A stretch of 63,674 nt of DNA, the filler included, from Licmophora abbreviata (lineage: Eukaryota), in the NCBI GenBank assembly GCA_900291995.1. It is 13 parts of 13 records of this genome, joined end to end, with 100 filler letters (N's around TTAATTAATTAA, not from the genome) between each part and the next. Parts side by side here need not be neighbours in the genome. Positions count along the whole stretch, not along the records: positions 36,600 to 44,079 come from OLMU01002851.1; positions 44,180 to 47,884 come from OLMU01002852.1; positions 47,985 to 59,872 come from OLMU01002853.1; 10 more parts are not named here. One strand, written 5' to 3'. Shown here in pieces: positions 42,241-51,494 of the stretch. The position numbers were made by a program, and so were the translations under genes. The notes below the pieces were generated by a model. That model searched no databases. It saw only the letters and a program-made list of their open reading frames with translations, and was not told the DNA's origin. Each line of letters begins with the position of its first letter. Position 1 is the first letter of the stretch.

Positions 42241-42981
42241 TTGGGAGCAATTGTGTCCGTTCTGAGGCCATTCCGAAACAAGCGCAATATTGCCGGTTTT
42301 CTCGCCATGCTGGCGCTGGCACACACGCTGGTCGGCCCTGCCCGGGCAGATGCGGCCCTGATAAACACGGCTTATGCCCTGCTCGAAGAAGAGCTTGACG
42401 CCAAACTCAATTTCGAGACCCTGCCGCGCCGTGCCGAGCCGGGCATCCGGCTCGATGCCCCCATGCGCAAGGGCCTTGTTTGGCTGGGCGAACGGCTCGC
42501 AGGCCAGCAGGTCACAGGCGAGCCGCATGACGTCTTGCTGGGTCCCCCGACAGCGCCGCTCGCGATCGCCGCGGGCCTACCGGGTGCCGCGCTTTCGGTT
42601 GCGCATCACCGTGGATTTGCCTCCAACGCGCTCTTTCCTCTTGGCCCCGCCGGGTTTCCCGCGCTCGCCGCGCGCGGCGAAGGATCGGTGGCACTTCTCT
42701 TCGATCACGGCCAGCGCGCCATCGGCCTGCGCATTCACAGCGATTACGCCGCCCCGCTTGGCGCCGCGCAACCACAAGGCACACTCACCCTCGCCTTTTA
42801 CCGGCGCGACGGCGTGCTCATCGGACAGGTCCGTCGCCGGCTGGAGACCGGCATCACCGAGCTGGGCTTTCGGCGCGGCGACGGCATGGCCGATATTGCC
42901 GCGATCACCGTCACAAATGACGATCCGGGCGGGATTGCCTTGGACGATATCCTCTATCAAACTGCGCCCATGGCGTTTTGA
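42241..42981 (+). CDS. Hypothetical exported protein
   Basis: Signal-peptide-like ...LALAHTLVGPARA/D; beta-rich C-terminus (GIALDDILY); start uncertain. Confidence 0.65.
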   Translation: MGAIVSVLRPFRNKRNIAGFLAMLALAHTLVGPARADAALINTAYALLEEELDAKLNFETLPRRAEPGIRLDAPMRKGLVWLGERLAGQQVTGEPHDVLLGPPTAPLAIAAGLPGAALSVAHHRGFASNALFPLGPAGFPALAARGEGSVALLFDHGQRAIGLRIHSDYAAPLGAAQPQGTLTLAFYRRDGVLIGQVRRRLETGITELGFRRGDGMADIAAITVTNDDPGGIALDDILYQTAPMAF

Positions 42982-42998
42982 CAAAAAGGGAATTTTTC

Positions 42999-43292
42999 AT
43001 GCCGAAAGGATATTGGGTCGCGCATGTCGATGTGGACGACCCGCAAGCCTACGAGACCTACAAAGCCGCCAATGCCGCGCCCTTCGCAGAATACGGCGCG
43101 CGCTTTCTGGTGCGTGGCGGCCCCGGCGAAACCCGCGAGGGTCAGGTCCGCGCCCGAACCGTGGTGATTGAATTTCCCAGCTATGCCGCCGCATTGGCCT
43201 GCTACGACTCGCCGGGTTACCAGGCCGCCAAAGCCCTGCGCGACCCGGTCTCGACCGGCGATCTGGTGATCGTCGAGGGCTACGGGGAGTGA
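42999..43292 (+). CDS. DUF1330-family protein
   Basis: MPKGYWVAHVDV..YGARFLVRGG..VVIEFPS..Y.SP.YQAA. Confidence 0.9.
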   Translation: MPKGYWVAHVDVDDPQAYETYKAANAAPFAEYGARFLVRGGPGETREGQVRARTVVIEFPSYAAALACYDSPGYQAAKALRDPVSTGDLVIVEGYGE

Positions 43293-43296
43293 CATC

Positions 43297-43737
43297 TTGA
43301 ACCGTTTGCTGGCCGCCCTGCTCGCCCCCAAGCCGCAACCCTTGCCGGAACCGGACGCCAAGCTGGCGCTCGGCGCGCTGATGGTGCGCGTCGCGAAATC
43401 CGATCACCTCTACCGGTTCGAGGAAATCCGCCGCATCGACCGGTTGCTGTCCCGCGTCAACGCAATCGGCCCGATCGACGCGGCCAAGATGCGCGCCACC
43501 TGCGAAAAGCTGGAACATGCGTTTCCCGATACCGGGGCGCTGGCGCATCTCATCCGCGAAGCCGTGCCCCACGAGGCGCGCATCGACGCGCTCGAGGCCC
43601 TGTGGGAGGTGGTTCTGTCCGACGATGTCGGCCAGGACGAGGAAATCGCCGTCATCCTTGCCGCACAAGAAGCTCTGGGTCTGTCCGAGGCCGACAGCGA
43701 CGCCGCCCGCGCCCGTGCGCTCAACGAAACCCGATAG
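43297..43737 (+). CDS. TerB-like protein
   Basis: LALGALMVRVAKSD...E...LEALWEVVLSD. Confidence 0.82.
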   Translation: MNRLLAALLAPKPQPLPEPDAKLALGALMVRVAKSDHLYRFEEIRRIDRLLSRVNAIGPIDAAKMRATCEKLEHAFPDTGALAHLIREAVPHEARIDALEALWEVVLSDDVGQDEEIAVILAAQEALGLSEADSDAARARALNETR

Positions 43738-43775
43738 CCCTTTTCGCCCCCGACACGAAAGCCTATATTCCCCCC

Positions 43776-44249
43776 ATGTTCGCAGATCTTCTCAAAAAGC
43801 TCGTCCAGCCCGAACCCGAACCGCTTGACGACGCCGACGCGCGCCGCGCCCTGACCGCCCTTCTGGTGCGTCTGGCGCGGTCCGACAGCCATTACGCCGC
43901 CTCCGAGATCATCCGCATCGATCGGATCATCTCGACCCGGTATCATCTGGATAAATCCGCCGCCGCCGCCCTGCGCGCGGAAGCCGAACAACTGGAATCC
44001 GAAGCGCCCGATACCGTGCGCTTCACCCGCGCCATCAAGGACGCCGTGCCCTATGACGAGCGTGTCGGCGTGATCGAGGNNNNNNNNNNNNNNNNNNNNN
44101 NNNNNNNNNNNNNNNNNNNNNNNTTAATTAATTAANNNNNNNNNNNNNNNNNNNNNNNNNNNNNNNNNNNNNNNNNNNNGGCCAACCTCCTCGGCGTGAA
44201 CGACCGCGACAGCGCCTTGGCCCGCCGCCGGATAGATCAGCGCCCCTGA
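43776..44249 (+). CDS. TerB-like protein (split by gap)
   Basis: ALTALLVRLARSD..Y...E, EAPDTVRFTRAIKD; after the gap ANLLGVNDRDSALARRR. Confidence 0.82.
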
Positions 44250-44462
44250 TCGCAGGCCAAGCGATGCCGAACCGCGCCCGGACGGTGGCAGCCGGTGACT
44301 CGTGCGCCGTGGCGATTGACTCGGCCAAAAGACAAATTCCGGACTCGTACGAAACCGCCTGCATATTCGTACGAACCGTCCTCATCCCGCCCAAACCCAC
44401 GCCGTCACCGCCCGAAGCGGCATGACCAAACGTCAAAACGGTGCCCAACCGGGAATATCTTT

Positions 44463-44483
44463 CGTTTTGCAAGTTGCAAAACG
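44463..44483. promoter_or_regulatory. Perfect palindrome upstream of the amino acid ABC operon
   Basis: CGTTTTGCAA-G-TTGCAAAACG. Confidence 0.6.
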
Positions 44484-44537
44484 GCGTTTTTTCTTCCAAC
44501 TTTCGTAATCAGGCGGCCCAACCGACGGAGCCAGCAG

Positions 44538-45314
44538 TTGACCAAAGACACGCCTGTCATGGAAATCCGCAACCTTCACAAGGCCTATGGGGCGCTTGAA
44601 GTGATCAAGGGCGTTGATATCACCGCCCACCGCGGCGACGTTGTCTCGCTGATCGGATCCTCGGGCTCCGGGAAATCCACCATCCTGCGCTGTGCAAACC
44701 TGCTCGAGGACAGCCAGCAGGGCGATATCCTGTTCAAGGGCGAACCGGTCAAGTGGACGGGTCAGGGGCTTGAGCGCCATCCTGCTGATTTCAAACAGGT
44801 TCTTCGCATCCGCACGAACCTGTCGATGGTCTTTCAGCAGTTCAATCTCTGGGCGCATATGACGATCCTGCAGAACGTGATGGAAGCCCCGGTGACCGTG
44901 CTGGGCCGTGACCGCGCCGAAGTCGAAAAGGCCGCGCGCGCCTATCTCGACAAGGTGGGCATCAGCGACAAATGCGACGCCTACCCGGCACAGCTTTCGG
45001 GCGGCCAGCAACAGCGCGCCGCAATCGCCCGCGCGCTGTGCATGGAGCCCGAGGCGCTGCTTTTCGACGAACCCACCAGCGCGCTTGATCCGGAACTCGA
45101 ACAGGAAGTGGTGCGCGTCATCAAGGATCTGGCGGCCGAAGGCCGGACCATGATGATCGTCACCCATGACATGAAGATGGCGGCGGATGTCTCTGATCAC
45201 GTTGTCTTTTTACATCAGGGCCTGATCGAGGAAGAAGGCGCGCCCGACATCCTGTTCAAGTCCCCAAAATCCGAACGATTGCGGCAGTTTCTCAACTCGA
45301 CAATGGCCGCGTAA
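44538..45314 (+). CDS. Polar amino acid ABC ATPase (HisP-like)
   Basis: GSSGSGKST, MVFQQFNLWAHMT, LSGGQQQR, FDEPTSALDPE; TTG start with GGAG SD. Confidence 0.94.
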   Translation: MTKDTPVMEIRNLHKAYGALEVIKGVDITAHRGDVVSLIGSSGSGKSTILRCANLLEDSQQGDILFKGEPVKWTGQGLERHPADFKQVLRIRTNLSMVFQQFNLWAHMTILQNVMEAPVTVLGRDRAEVEKAARAYLDKVGISDKCDAYPAQLSGGQQQRAAIARALCMEPEALLFDEPTSALDPELEQEVVRVIKDLAAEGRTMMIVTHDMKMAADVSDHVVFLHQGLIEEEGAPDILFKSPKSERLRQFLNSTMAA

Positions 45315-45339
45315 AACATCAATTAATGGGAGTAACAAT

Positions 45340-46056
45340 ATGAAAAAAATCATCTTTTCCACTGCAGCACTGGCCTTTTCGGCTAATCTCGCGATGGCTC
45401 AGGACGTCGTTCGCCTCGGCACCGAGGGCGCCTATCCTCCGTGGAACTTTCTCAATGACGCGGGCCAGGTTGACGGCTTCGAGCGCGAGCTGGGGGACGA
45501 GCTGTGCGTGCGCGCCCAGCTGACCTGCGAATGGGTCACAAATGATTGGGACAGCATCATTCCCAACCTCGTCTCGGGCAACTACGATGCGATCATCGCC
45601 GGCATGTCGATCACCGACGAGCGCGATCAGGTCATCGACTTCACCCAGAACTACACGCCGCCCGATCCCTCGGCCTATCTGGCGATGTCGGAAGATATCG
45701 ACCTGTCAGGCGGTGTGATCGCCGCGCAATCCGGCACGATCCAAGCCGGCTATATCGCCGAGCAGGGCGCCACGCTGGTCGAATTCGCCACGCCTGAAGA
45801 AACCATCGCCGCCGTGCGCAACGGCGAGGCGGACGCGGTTCTGGCCGACAAGTCGTTCCTCACACCCATCGCCGAGGAAGATGCCGAGCTGATGATCGTC
45901 GGCCCCGATGTGCCCCTTGGCGGCGGCGTCGGCATGGGCATCCGGGAATCGGATGCCGAGTTGCGCGACACGTTCGATGCCGCCATCCAGTCGATGAAGG
46001 ACGATGGCAGCCTGAACGAGCTAATCACCAAATGGGAGGTCTCCTCGACGTTTTGA
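45340..46056 (+). CDS. Polar amino acid ABC substrate-binding protein (HisJ/ArgT-like)
   Basis: Signal peptide, GTEGAYPPWN, WDSIIP, MSITDER. Confidence 0.94.
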   Translation: MKKIIFSTAALAFSANLAMAQDVVRLGTEGAYPPWNFLNDAGQVDGFERELGDELCVRAQLTCEWVTNDWDSIIPNLVSGNYDAIIAGMSITDERDQVIDFTQNYTPPDPSAYLAMSEDIDLSGGVIAAQSGTIQAGYIAEQGATLVEFATPEETIAAVRNGEADAVLADKSFLTPIAEEDAELMIVGPDVPLGGGVGMGIRESDAELRDTFDAAIQSMKDDGSLNELITKWEVSSTF

Positions 46057-46139
46057 TCCTCTGATGGGCCGGGCATAGCACCCGGCCCTCCCTCGTCCCG
46101 CTCCTCAGACCGGGGCCGCCCCCTGCAGGATGCACCGGC

Positions 46140-47024
46140 ATGTTTTCCTACTGCACAGACCCCCAAACGCTGTCAGGGCTCACATGGCTGTCGTGCTACC
46201 TGACGACCGGCAAGCACATGCAGTTCTACATCTCCTTCGGGGTTGTGCTTCTGCTGCTGGCGATCACCGCACCCACGGCGCTTTTGTTCGGCTTCGGCGG
46301 AGCCGCGGCGGCACGGTCACGGATCTGGCCGGTCACCTGGCTGGGCAAGGGCTATATCGCCATCGTGCGCGGGGTGCCCGACATCGCCTTCTTCATGTTT
46401 TTCGTGATCGCCCTGGATCAGGGCTTCGAATGGATGCGCCACCAGCTGCTCTGCCCCGATTGGGAGCAACCGATCCGACAGGGCAATGATTTCGTGGTCT
46501 GCACTCAGGCCAAGCTGCCGCTTGGCAATGCGCCGCAGTGGATCCATGAAATATACGGTTTCGCGCTGGCCGTGCTGACCTTTGCAATCGTATTCGGCGC
46601 CTTCGCGGCCAATGTGCTCTACGGCGCCATGCGCGCCGTGCCTCAGGCTCAGCTTGAAACCGCCGCAGCCTACGGGATGACGCGCCGCCAGATCTTCTGG
46701 CGCATTCTGGTGCCGCAGATGTGGGTCTATGCGCTTCCCGGTCTGGGCAACCTTTGGATGGTGCTGATCAAGGCGACGCCGCTGCTTTTCCTGCTGGGAA
46801 TCGAGGATATCGTCTATTGGGCGCGCGAGCTCGGCGGCACGGCCAATCCGCGCTTCACCGACTATCCGCATGGCGACTGGCGCGTGTGGTATTTCCTCGC
46901 ACTTCTGGTGTTCTATCTGGGCTTCACCCGGATTTCCGAGGTGTTTCTCGAACGCCTCATGCAGAAACTGACTCATGGACAGGCCACAACGGGCGGCGAC
47001 TCGCAGCGAAAGGCCGCCGCATGA
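46140..47024 (+). CDS. Amino acid ABC permease (HisQ-like)
   Basis: YIAIVRGVP, QLETAAAYGM, ALPGLGNLW..LIKAT. Confidence 0.92.
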   Translation: MFSYCTDPQTLSGLTWLSCYLTTGKHMQFYISFGVVLLLLAITAPTALLFGFGGAAAARSRIWPVTWLGKGYIAIVRGVPDIAFFMFFVIALDQGFEWMRHQLLCPDWEQPIRQGNDFVVCTQAKLPLGNAPQWIHEIYGFALAVLTFAIVFGAFAANVLYGAMRAVPQAQLETAAAYGMTRRQIFWRILVPQMWVYALPGLGNLWMVLIKATPLLFLLGIEDIVYWARELGGTANPRFTDYPHGDWRVWYFLALLVFYLGFTRISEVFLERLMQKLTHGQATTGGDSQRKAAA

Positions 47025-47827
47025 GCTGCTGGCAGACCATTCAGGATTACGGCCTGCGCAGCCTCGGCATCGGCGAACGTCTGCTGCCCCGCGAAGACTT
47101 CACCGTGTGCGAGCAAGTCACCCTGATCGGCTCGGGCCTGTTGTGGAACATCTACTTCGGCACGCTGGCGCTGCTTGCGGGGTTCCTTCTGGCAACCGCG
47201 CTGGCAATCGGCAAGGGCGCGCGCAACCGGGCGGTGCGTGTCGCCAGCACATGGTTCATCTTCATCTTCCGCGGCTCGCCGCTCTTCATCCAGTTCTTCT
47301 TTGCCTATTTCGCGTTCCTGTCGCTCAAATCCGTGAGCCCGATCTTCGATCCCTTCACATCGGCCTGGGCCGGCGCGCTGATCGTGTTGTTTTTCAACAC
47401 CGCCGCCTATTCCGGCGAGATCTTTTACGGCGCGCTGCGCTCGATCCCCAAAGGCGATGTGGACGCCGCCGACGCCTATGGTTTTTCCGGCTGGGCGCGC
47501 TTTCGCCGGATCATCTGGCCCACCATGCTGCGCCTGGCATGGCCCGCCTATACCAACGAGGCGATCTTTCTCTTTCACGCAACGACACTCGTCTTCTTCT
47601 CGGGCTTTCCCGCCTGGCAACAACGCGGCGACGCGCTCTATTACGCCAATTACTTCGCGGACAAGACGTTCAACCCCTTCGTGCCCTACCCGATCCTCGC
47701 CGGCTACTTCATCCTGCTTACTCTGGTTATTCTGGGCCTATTCGGCCTGATAAACAGCCGTCTGAACCGCCATCTCCCGAAAGAAGCGCGGCGACGGCTC
47801 AAGCTCCGGCTGAACATCATCCGCTGA
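47021..47827 (+). CDS. Amino acid ABC permease (HisM-like)
   Basis: FRGSPLFIQ, NTAAYSGEI, PAYTNEAIFLFHAT. Confidence 0.92.
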   Translation: MSCWQTIQDYGLRSLGIGERLLPREDFTVCEQVTLIGSGLLWNIYFGTLALLAGFLLATALAIGKGARNRAVRVASTWFIFIFRGSPLFIQFFFAYFAFLSLKSVSPIFDPFTSAWAGALIVLFFNTAAYSGEIFYGALRSIPKGDVDAADAYGFSGWARFRRIIWPTMLRLAWPAYTNEAIFLFHATTLVFFSGFPAWQQRGDALYYANYFADKTFNPFVPYPILAGYFILLTLVILGLFGLINSRLNRHLPKEARRRLKLRLNIIR

Positions 47828-47834
47828 CATGGAC

Positions 47835-47883
47835 TTGGGGGCTCTGCCCCCAAACCCCCGGGATATTTCCGGCCAGAAGAAAC
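47835..47883 (-). repeat. REP-like element, copy 5 (hairpin-tail type)
   Basis: Reverse complement GTTTCTTCTGGCCGGAAATATCCCGGGGGT + TTGGGGGC-AGA-GCCCCCAA; at a contig end. Confidence 0.85.
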
Positions 47884-48049
47884 GNNNNNNNNNNNNNNNN
47901 NNNNNNNNNNNNNNNNNNNNNNNNNNNNTTAATTAATTAANNNNNNNNNNNNNNNNNNNNNNNNNNNNNNNNNNNNNNNNNNNNTGCCGAAACGCGCAGT
48001 GATGCGCAACCCGGCAAGCGGCAGTCTTCAGGTCAAGCGCTCTTTGGGC

Positions 48050-49312
48050 TCAGCCGAACATGTCCTCGGTGATCCCGGCATACCAGCCGATGCTTTCCTC
48101 ATAGGTCGCCTTGCGCAGCGCCGCATCCTCGCCGGTATCGCTGATGAAGCCGTCGACCTTGGCGATCTTCTCCTCGGTCGCCTCATACGAGGCGCCGACC
48201 TTCACGCCGTCATCCGTGTCGATCAGGCTCCAGCAGGTGTTGGAGAACTTGGCCGGGAAGACCTTCGAGCCGGTCAATGCCCCCCGCACCGCCATCGCCG
48301 CGACCTTGGCCTGGCTATTGGCTGAATACCCGGATTTCGGCATGTCGCCCTGATTGGTGGCGTCGCCCAGAATATGAATATTCTCGTCCATGCGGCTTTG
48401 CATCGTGGCCGGCACGATTGGCGCCCAATTGCCTTCGGTGATCTGAGCCATGTCACAGATGCGACCGGCTTTCTGGGCCGGGATCACATTGCAGACATCC
48501 ACCTTTTCCACCGCTCCATCGATATCGACGGTCATCTCGTCGGGGTTCACGCTGACATTCTTGCCGCCAAAATCCGGGCCGATCCAGTCGATCATGCCGC
48601 CGTAATGCTTCTGCCAGCCTTCCTGGAACAGTGCCATCTTCGAGAATTTCTCTTTGGGGTCGACGACAAGGATCTTGGCGGTCGGATTGATCTGCTTGAG
48701 CAGATGCGCCACCATGCTGACCCGCTCATAGGGTCCAGGTGGGCAGCGGAACGGGTTGGGCGGGGCCACCATGGCAAAAAGCCCGCCTTCCGGCATCGCC
48801 TCGATCTGGGCTTTCAGCAATTCGGTCTGGCTGCCGGCCTTGTAGGCATGGGGCATCTTGTTCTGCTGCGCCACGCTCCAGCCCGGCACGGCATCATCGA
48901 CGAAATCGATGCCCGGGCTCAGGATCAGCCGATCATAAGGCAGCACGGCGCCGCCTGCCAGCGACACGGTCTTGGCATCGCGGTCGATCCCCACGGCCCA
49001 GTCATGCACCACGTTGATCCCGTAATCGGTGGCCAGCGTGCCATAGCTGTGGCCGATCGAACTCAGATCGCGGAACCCGCCGATATAGAGGTTCGAGAAA
49101 AAGCAGGTGTAATAGGCGCGCGTCGGCTCGACCAGTGTGACGTCAATCGCGCCATCGCTGTCCTTTGCGATATAGCGCGCCGCCGTGGCGCCACCGGCGC
49201 CACCGCCCACCACGACCACGCGCGGCTTGCCCTGCGCGCCCAGCATGGGCGCCGATAGCAGTGCCGCCGCCGCGGCACCAGTGCCGATAAAGGCCCGTCT
49301 GTTGAGTGTCAT
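48050..49312 (-). CDS. soxF: Sulfide dehydrogenase flavoprotein SoxF (FccB-like)
   Basis: Tat NRRAF, GGGAGG FAD motif, TCFFSN, RCPPGPYER, NTCWS. Confidence 0.95.
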   Translation of the reverse strand: MTLNRRAFIGTGAAAAALLSAPMLGAQGKPRVVVVGGGAGGATAARYIAKDSDGAIDVTLVEPTRAYYTCFFSNLYIGGFRDLSSIGHSYGTLATDYGINVVHDWAVGIDRDAKTVSLAGGAVLPYDRLILSPGIDFVDDAVPGWSVAQQNKMPHAYKAGSQTELLKAQIEAMPEGGLFAMVAPPNPFRCPPGPYERVSMVAHLLKQINPTAKILVVDPKEKFSKMALFQEGWQKHYGGMIDWIGPDFGGKNVSVNPDEMTVDIDGAVEKVDVCNVIPAQKAGRICDMAQITEGNWAPIVPATMQSRMDENIHILGDATNQGDMPKSGYSANSQAKVAAMAVRGALTGSKVFPAKFSNTCWSLIDTDDGVKVGASYEATEEKIAKVDGFISDTGEDAALRKATYEESIGWYAGITEDMFG

Positions 49313-49349
49313 CTTGATCTCCTCCCTGGTAACGACCGGCTGTTCCGGT

Positions 49350-50054
49350 CTACTGTATATCTGCGAAATAGGCCGCGAGCGCCGCGATCTCCTCATCGCT
49401 CAGGCGCCCCGCCATCATCTGCATCACCGGATGCGGCCTCAGCTTCCGCTTGTAGGCGTGCATGGCGACCACGAAATCCTCCTCGGGCCAGTTGGTGATC
49501 GACGGAATACCGTCATCATTGCCGTCGGCCTGATGACATATCTTGCATTCGCTCGACAGGTATTCGCCGTATTCCGGATCGCCCGCCAGCGCCAACACCT
49601 CGGGCGGCAACTCGACCTCTGGGGCCAATGCCGTGGGGTCGGCCTCGGGGATGTTCTGCGGGTTGTCGGAATAAAGCCGCAGATAGGCCAGAACATCCGC
49701 CCTGTCCTGTGGCTTCTTCATTCCGCGAAAGCTCATTCTGGTGCCACTGACCAGCGCCTTGGGGTTTTCCAGATAGGCATCCAGCGTGTCCAGATGCCAT
49801 TCCAGCCCGTCTGCCCCGGCCCGTTGCAGACCTTTTGAGTAACGGTACTCCCCCTCGACCCCGCCGGCCTTGCGCCCGAAAATCCCGTTGAGATGCGGCC
49901 CGATGCCGTTTTCAGCCCCCCGGCCCACCTCGTGACAGCCCGAACACGTGCTGAACAAGTCCTTGCCGCGCTCCGCATCACCGATCTCGTCGGCCTGCAC
50001 CACACCAGCGGTGATCATGGCAGACATCAGCCATGCCAATCCCCGGCCCGTCAT
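49350..50054 (-). CDS. soxE: Diheme cytochrome c SoxE
   Basis: CSGCH and CKICH heme motifs; between soxD and soxF. Confidence 0.9.
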   Translation of the reverse strand: MTGRGLAWLMSAMITAGVVQADEIGDAERGKDLFSTCSGCHEVGRGAENGIGPHLNGIFGRKAGGVEGEYRYSKGLQRAGADGLEWHLDTLDAYLENPKALVSGTRMSFRGMKKPQDRADVLAYLRLYSDNPQNIPEADPTALAPEVELPPEVLALAGDPEYGEYLSSECKICHQADGNDDGIPSITNWPEEDFVVAMHAYKRKLRPHPVMQMMAGRLSDEEIAALAAYFADIQ

Positions 50055-50179
50055 TCGCAAAAGGTCCCGGCTGCTGCGTGTGCAGGGTCTGGCGTCGGGC
50101 ACGACAGGCCCAAAACATCAAAAATCCGGCCCCTGAGGGACCGGCGCCGCATCGTCATCGAAGCCGGGTGCGTCGTCAT
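50051..50179 (-). CDS. Candidate 42-aa small protein upstream of soxE
   Basis: GGAGGAGGAG SD, ATG 50179; its TGA overlaps the soxE ATG (ATGA). Confidence 0.55.
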   Translation of the reverse strand: MTTHPASMTMRRRSLRGRIFDVLGLSCPTPDPAHAAAGTFCE

Positions 50180-50237
50180 GTTGTCTCCTCCTCCCAAAGG
50201 ATCACTCATCACTTTAAAACAGCTTGCCCCTCCAAGG

Positions 50238-50272
50238 CAAAACAAACAGGGCCGGCAAAACGCCGGCCCTGT
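50238..50272 (-). terminator. Terminator after soxD
   Basis: ACAGGGCCGGC / GCCGGCCCTGT 11-bp stem followed by TTGTTTTG on the minus strand. Confidence 0.75.
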
Positions 50273-50282
50273 CGATTTTTTG

Positions 50283-51494
50283 TCATTGCGAGTATGACTT
50301 GAGGTATTCAACCACCGCCGAGATATCCTCTTGCTTCCTCAGCCCGTTGAAAGACATCTTCGTGCCCTTCACGTAGCCCCTTGGATCGGCAAGGAATTCC
50401 GCCAGCGTCTCTTCATTCCAGACCATGCCGTCGGCGCCCATGCCTTCCAGCGTCTTGGAATACCGGAACCCGTCGACCGCGCCCATCTGCTGACCCATGA
50501 TGCCATTCAGATGCGGGCCGACACGGTTTGTCGCACCGTCTCCAACCTGATGGCACGCAGCACATTTCTTGAAGACGTTTTCACCCTCTTCGACCAGCGC
50601 CATGTCCAACGCCGCCTGATCCGACGCAGGTTCTTCGGCAGCTGGCGTTTCGGTGGATGCGGACGCCACTTGCTCGATCTTTTCATCGGCGGCGGTATCG
50701 GCGTTGGTCTCTTTCATCGCCTCTTCGGCTTCCGCCGCGCCATCCTCCTCGGGCGTCACATCCAGAACCGCAGCGCGCATGGTGATTTCCACGCTCTCCT
50801 TGCAGTTTTCCATGCAGGCCGACTCACTGAACAGCGGATACTCGGTTTCGGCACGGTCATCTACGATGAACCCGTCGGCATTGGGCATCTCGACCTCGAG
50901 GAAGTTTTCGTTCGACAGAACGAAATCATCATCCACAAGGAAGTTGGAATACAGGATATAGGCCGTGATCGCATAGGTCTCATCGACGGTCAGCGTCTGC
51001 GCCGCGCCAAACGGCATCGAGCGATGCACGTAATCCCAAGCGGTCGACAGGTAAGGCCAGTAGGACCCCACCGTCTTGACCGGATCCTTGTCGGCCAGCG
51101 TGTCGTCACCACCTGCCAGCTTGGGCCAGTTGCCCACGCCTTCGGCGAAATCCCCGTGGCAGACGGCACAATAGGCGATGAACGCCTCTTCACCCTCGGC
51201 CACCGATCCCGATCCGGGCGGAAGCCCGGTGCCGTCGGGGCGCACATCGACGTTCCATGCGGCGATTTCCTCGGGCAGCGCCTCGCGGCCCACACCGATG
51301 CGCTTGGCGTCGGCAGCGGCTTCGGCGCGTGCGGCGGCGATGAACATCATATCAGGAGAGCCCGCATCCGCAGGCATGACCCTTGCGACATCCGGCATCG
51401 GTGTGACGTTGCGCTCGGCGAAATTATAGGCCGCCGTCAGCATCGCAGCGGCACTGACCACCGTGACGCCGTAAAGCTTAAGAGACTTCGACAT
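50283..51494 (-). CDS. soxD: Sulfane dehydrogenase diheme cytochrome SoxD
   Basis: CAVCHG, TVGSYWPY, MPFG, acidic linker, second heme CAACH. Confidence 0.95.
   Translation of the reverse strand: MSKSLKLYGVTVVSAAAMLTAAYNFAERNVTPMPDVARVMPADAGSPDMMFIAAARAEAAADAKRIGVGREALPEEIAAWNVDVRPDGTGLPPGSGSVAEGEEAFIAYCAVCHGDFAEGVGNWPKLAGGDDTLADKDPVKTVGSYWPYLSTAWDYVHRSMPFGAAQTLTVDETYAITAYILYSNFLVDDDFVLSNENFLEVEMPNADGFIVDDRAETEYPLFSESACMENCKESVEITMRAAVLDVTPEEDGAAEAEEAMKETNADTAADEKIEQVASASTETPAAEEPASDQAALDMALVEEGENVFKKCAACHQVGDGATNRVGPHLNGIMGQQMGAVDGFRYSKTLEGMGADGMVWNEETLAEFLADPRGYVKGTKMSFNGLRKQEDISAVVEYLKSYSQ

Noticed and set aside
43297..44249. TerB pair as a tellurite-resistance or defence island
   Set aside because: No other ter genes nearby; tandem TerB-like genes alone do not support that function
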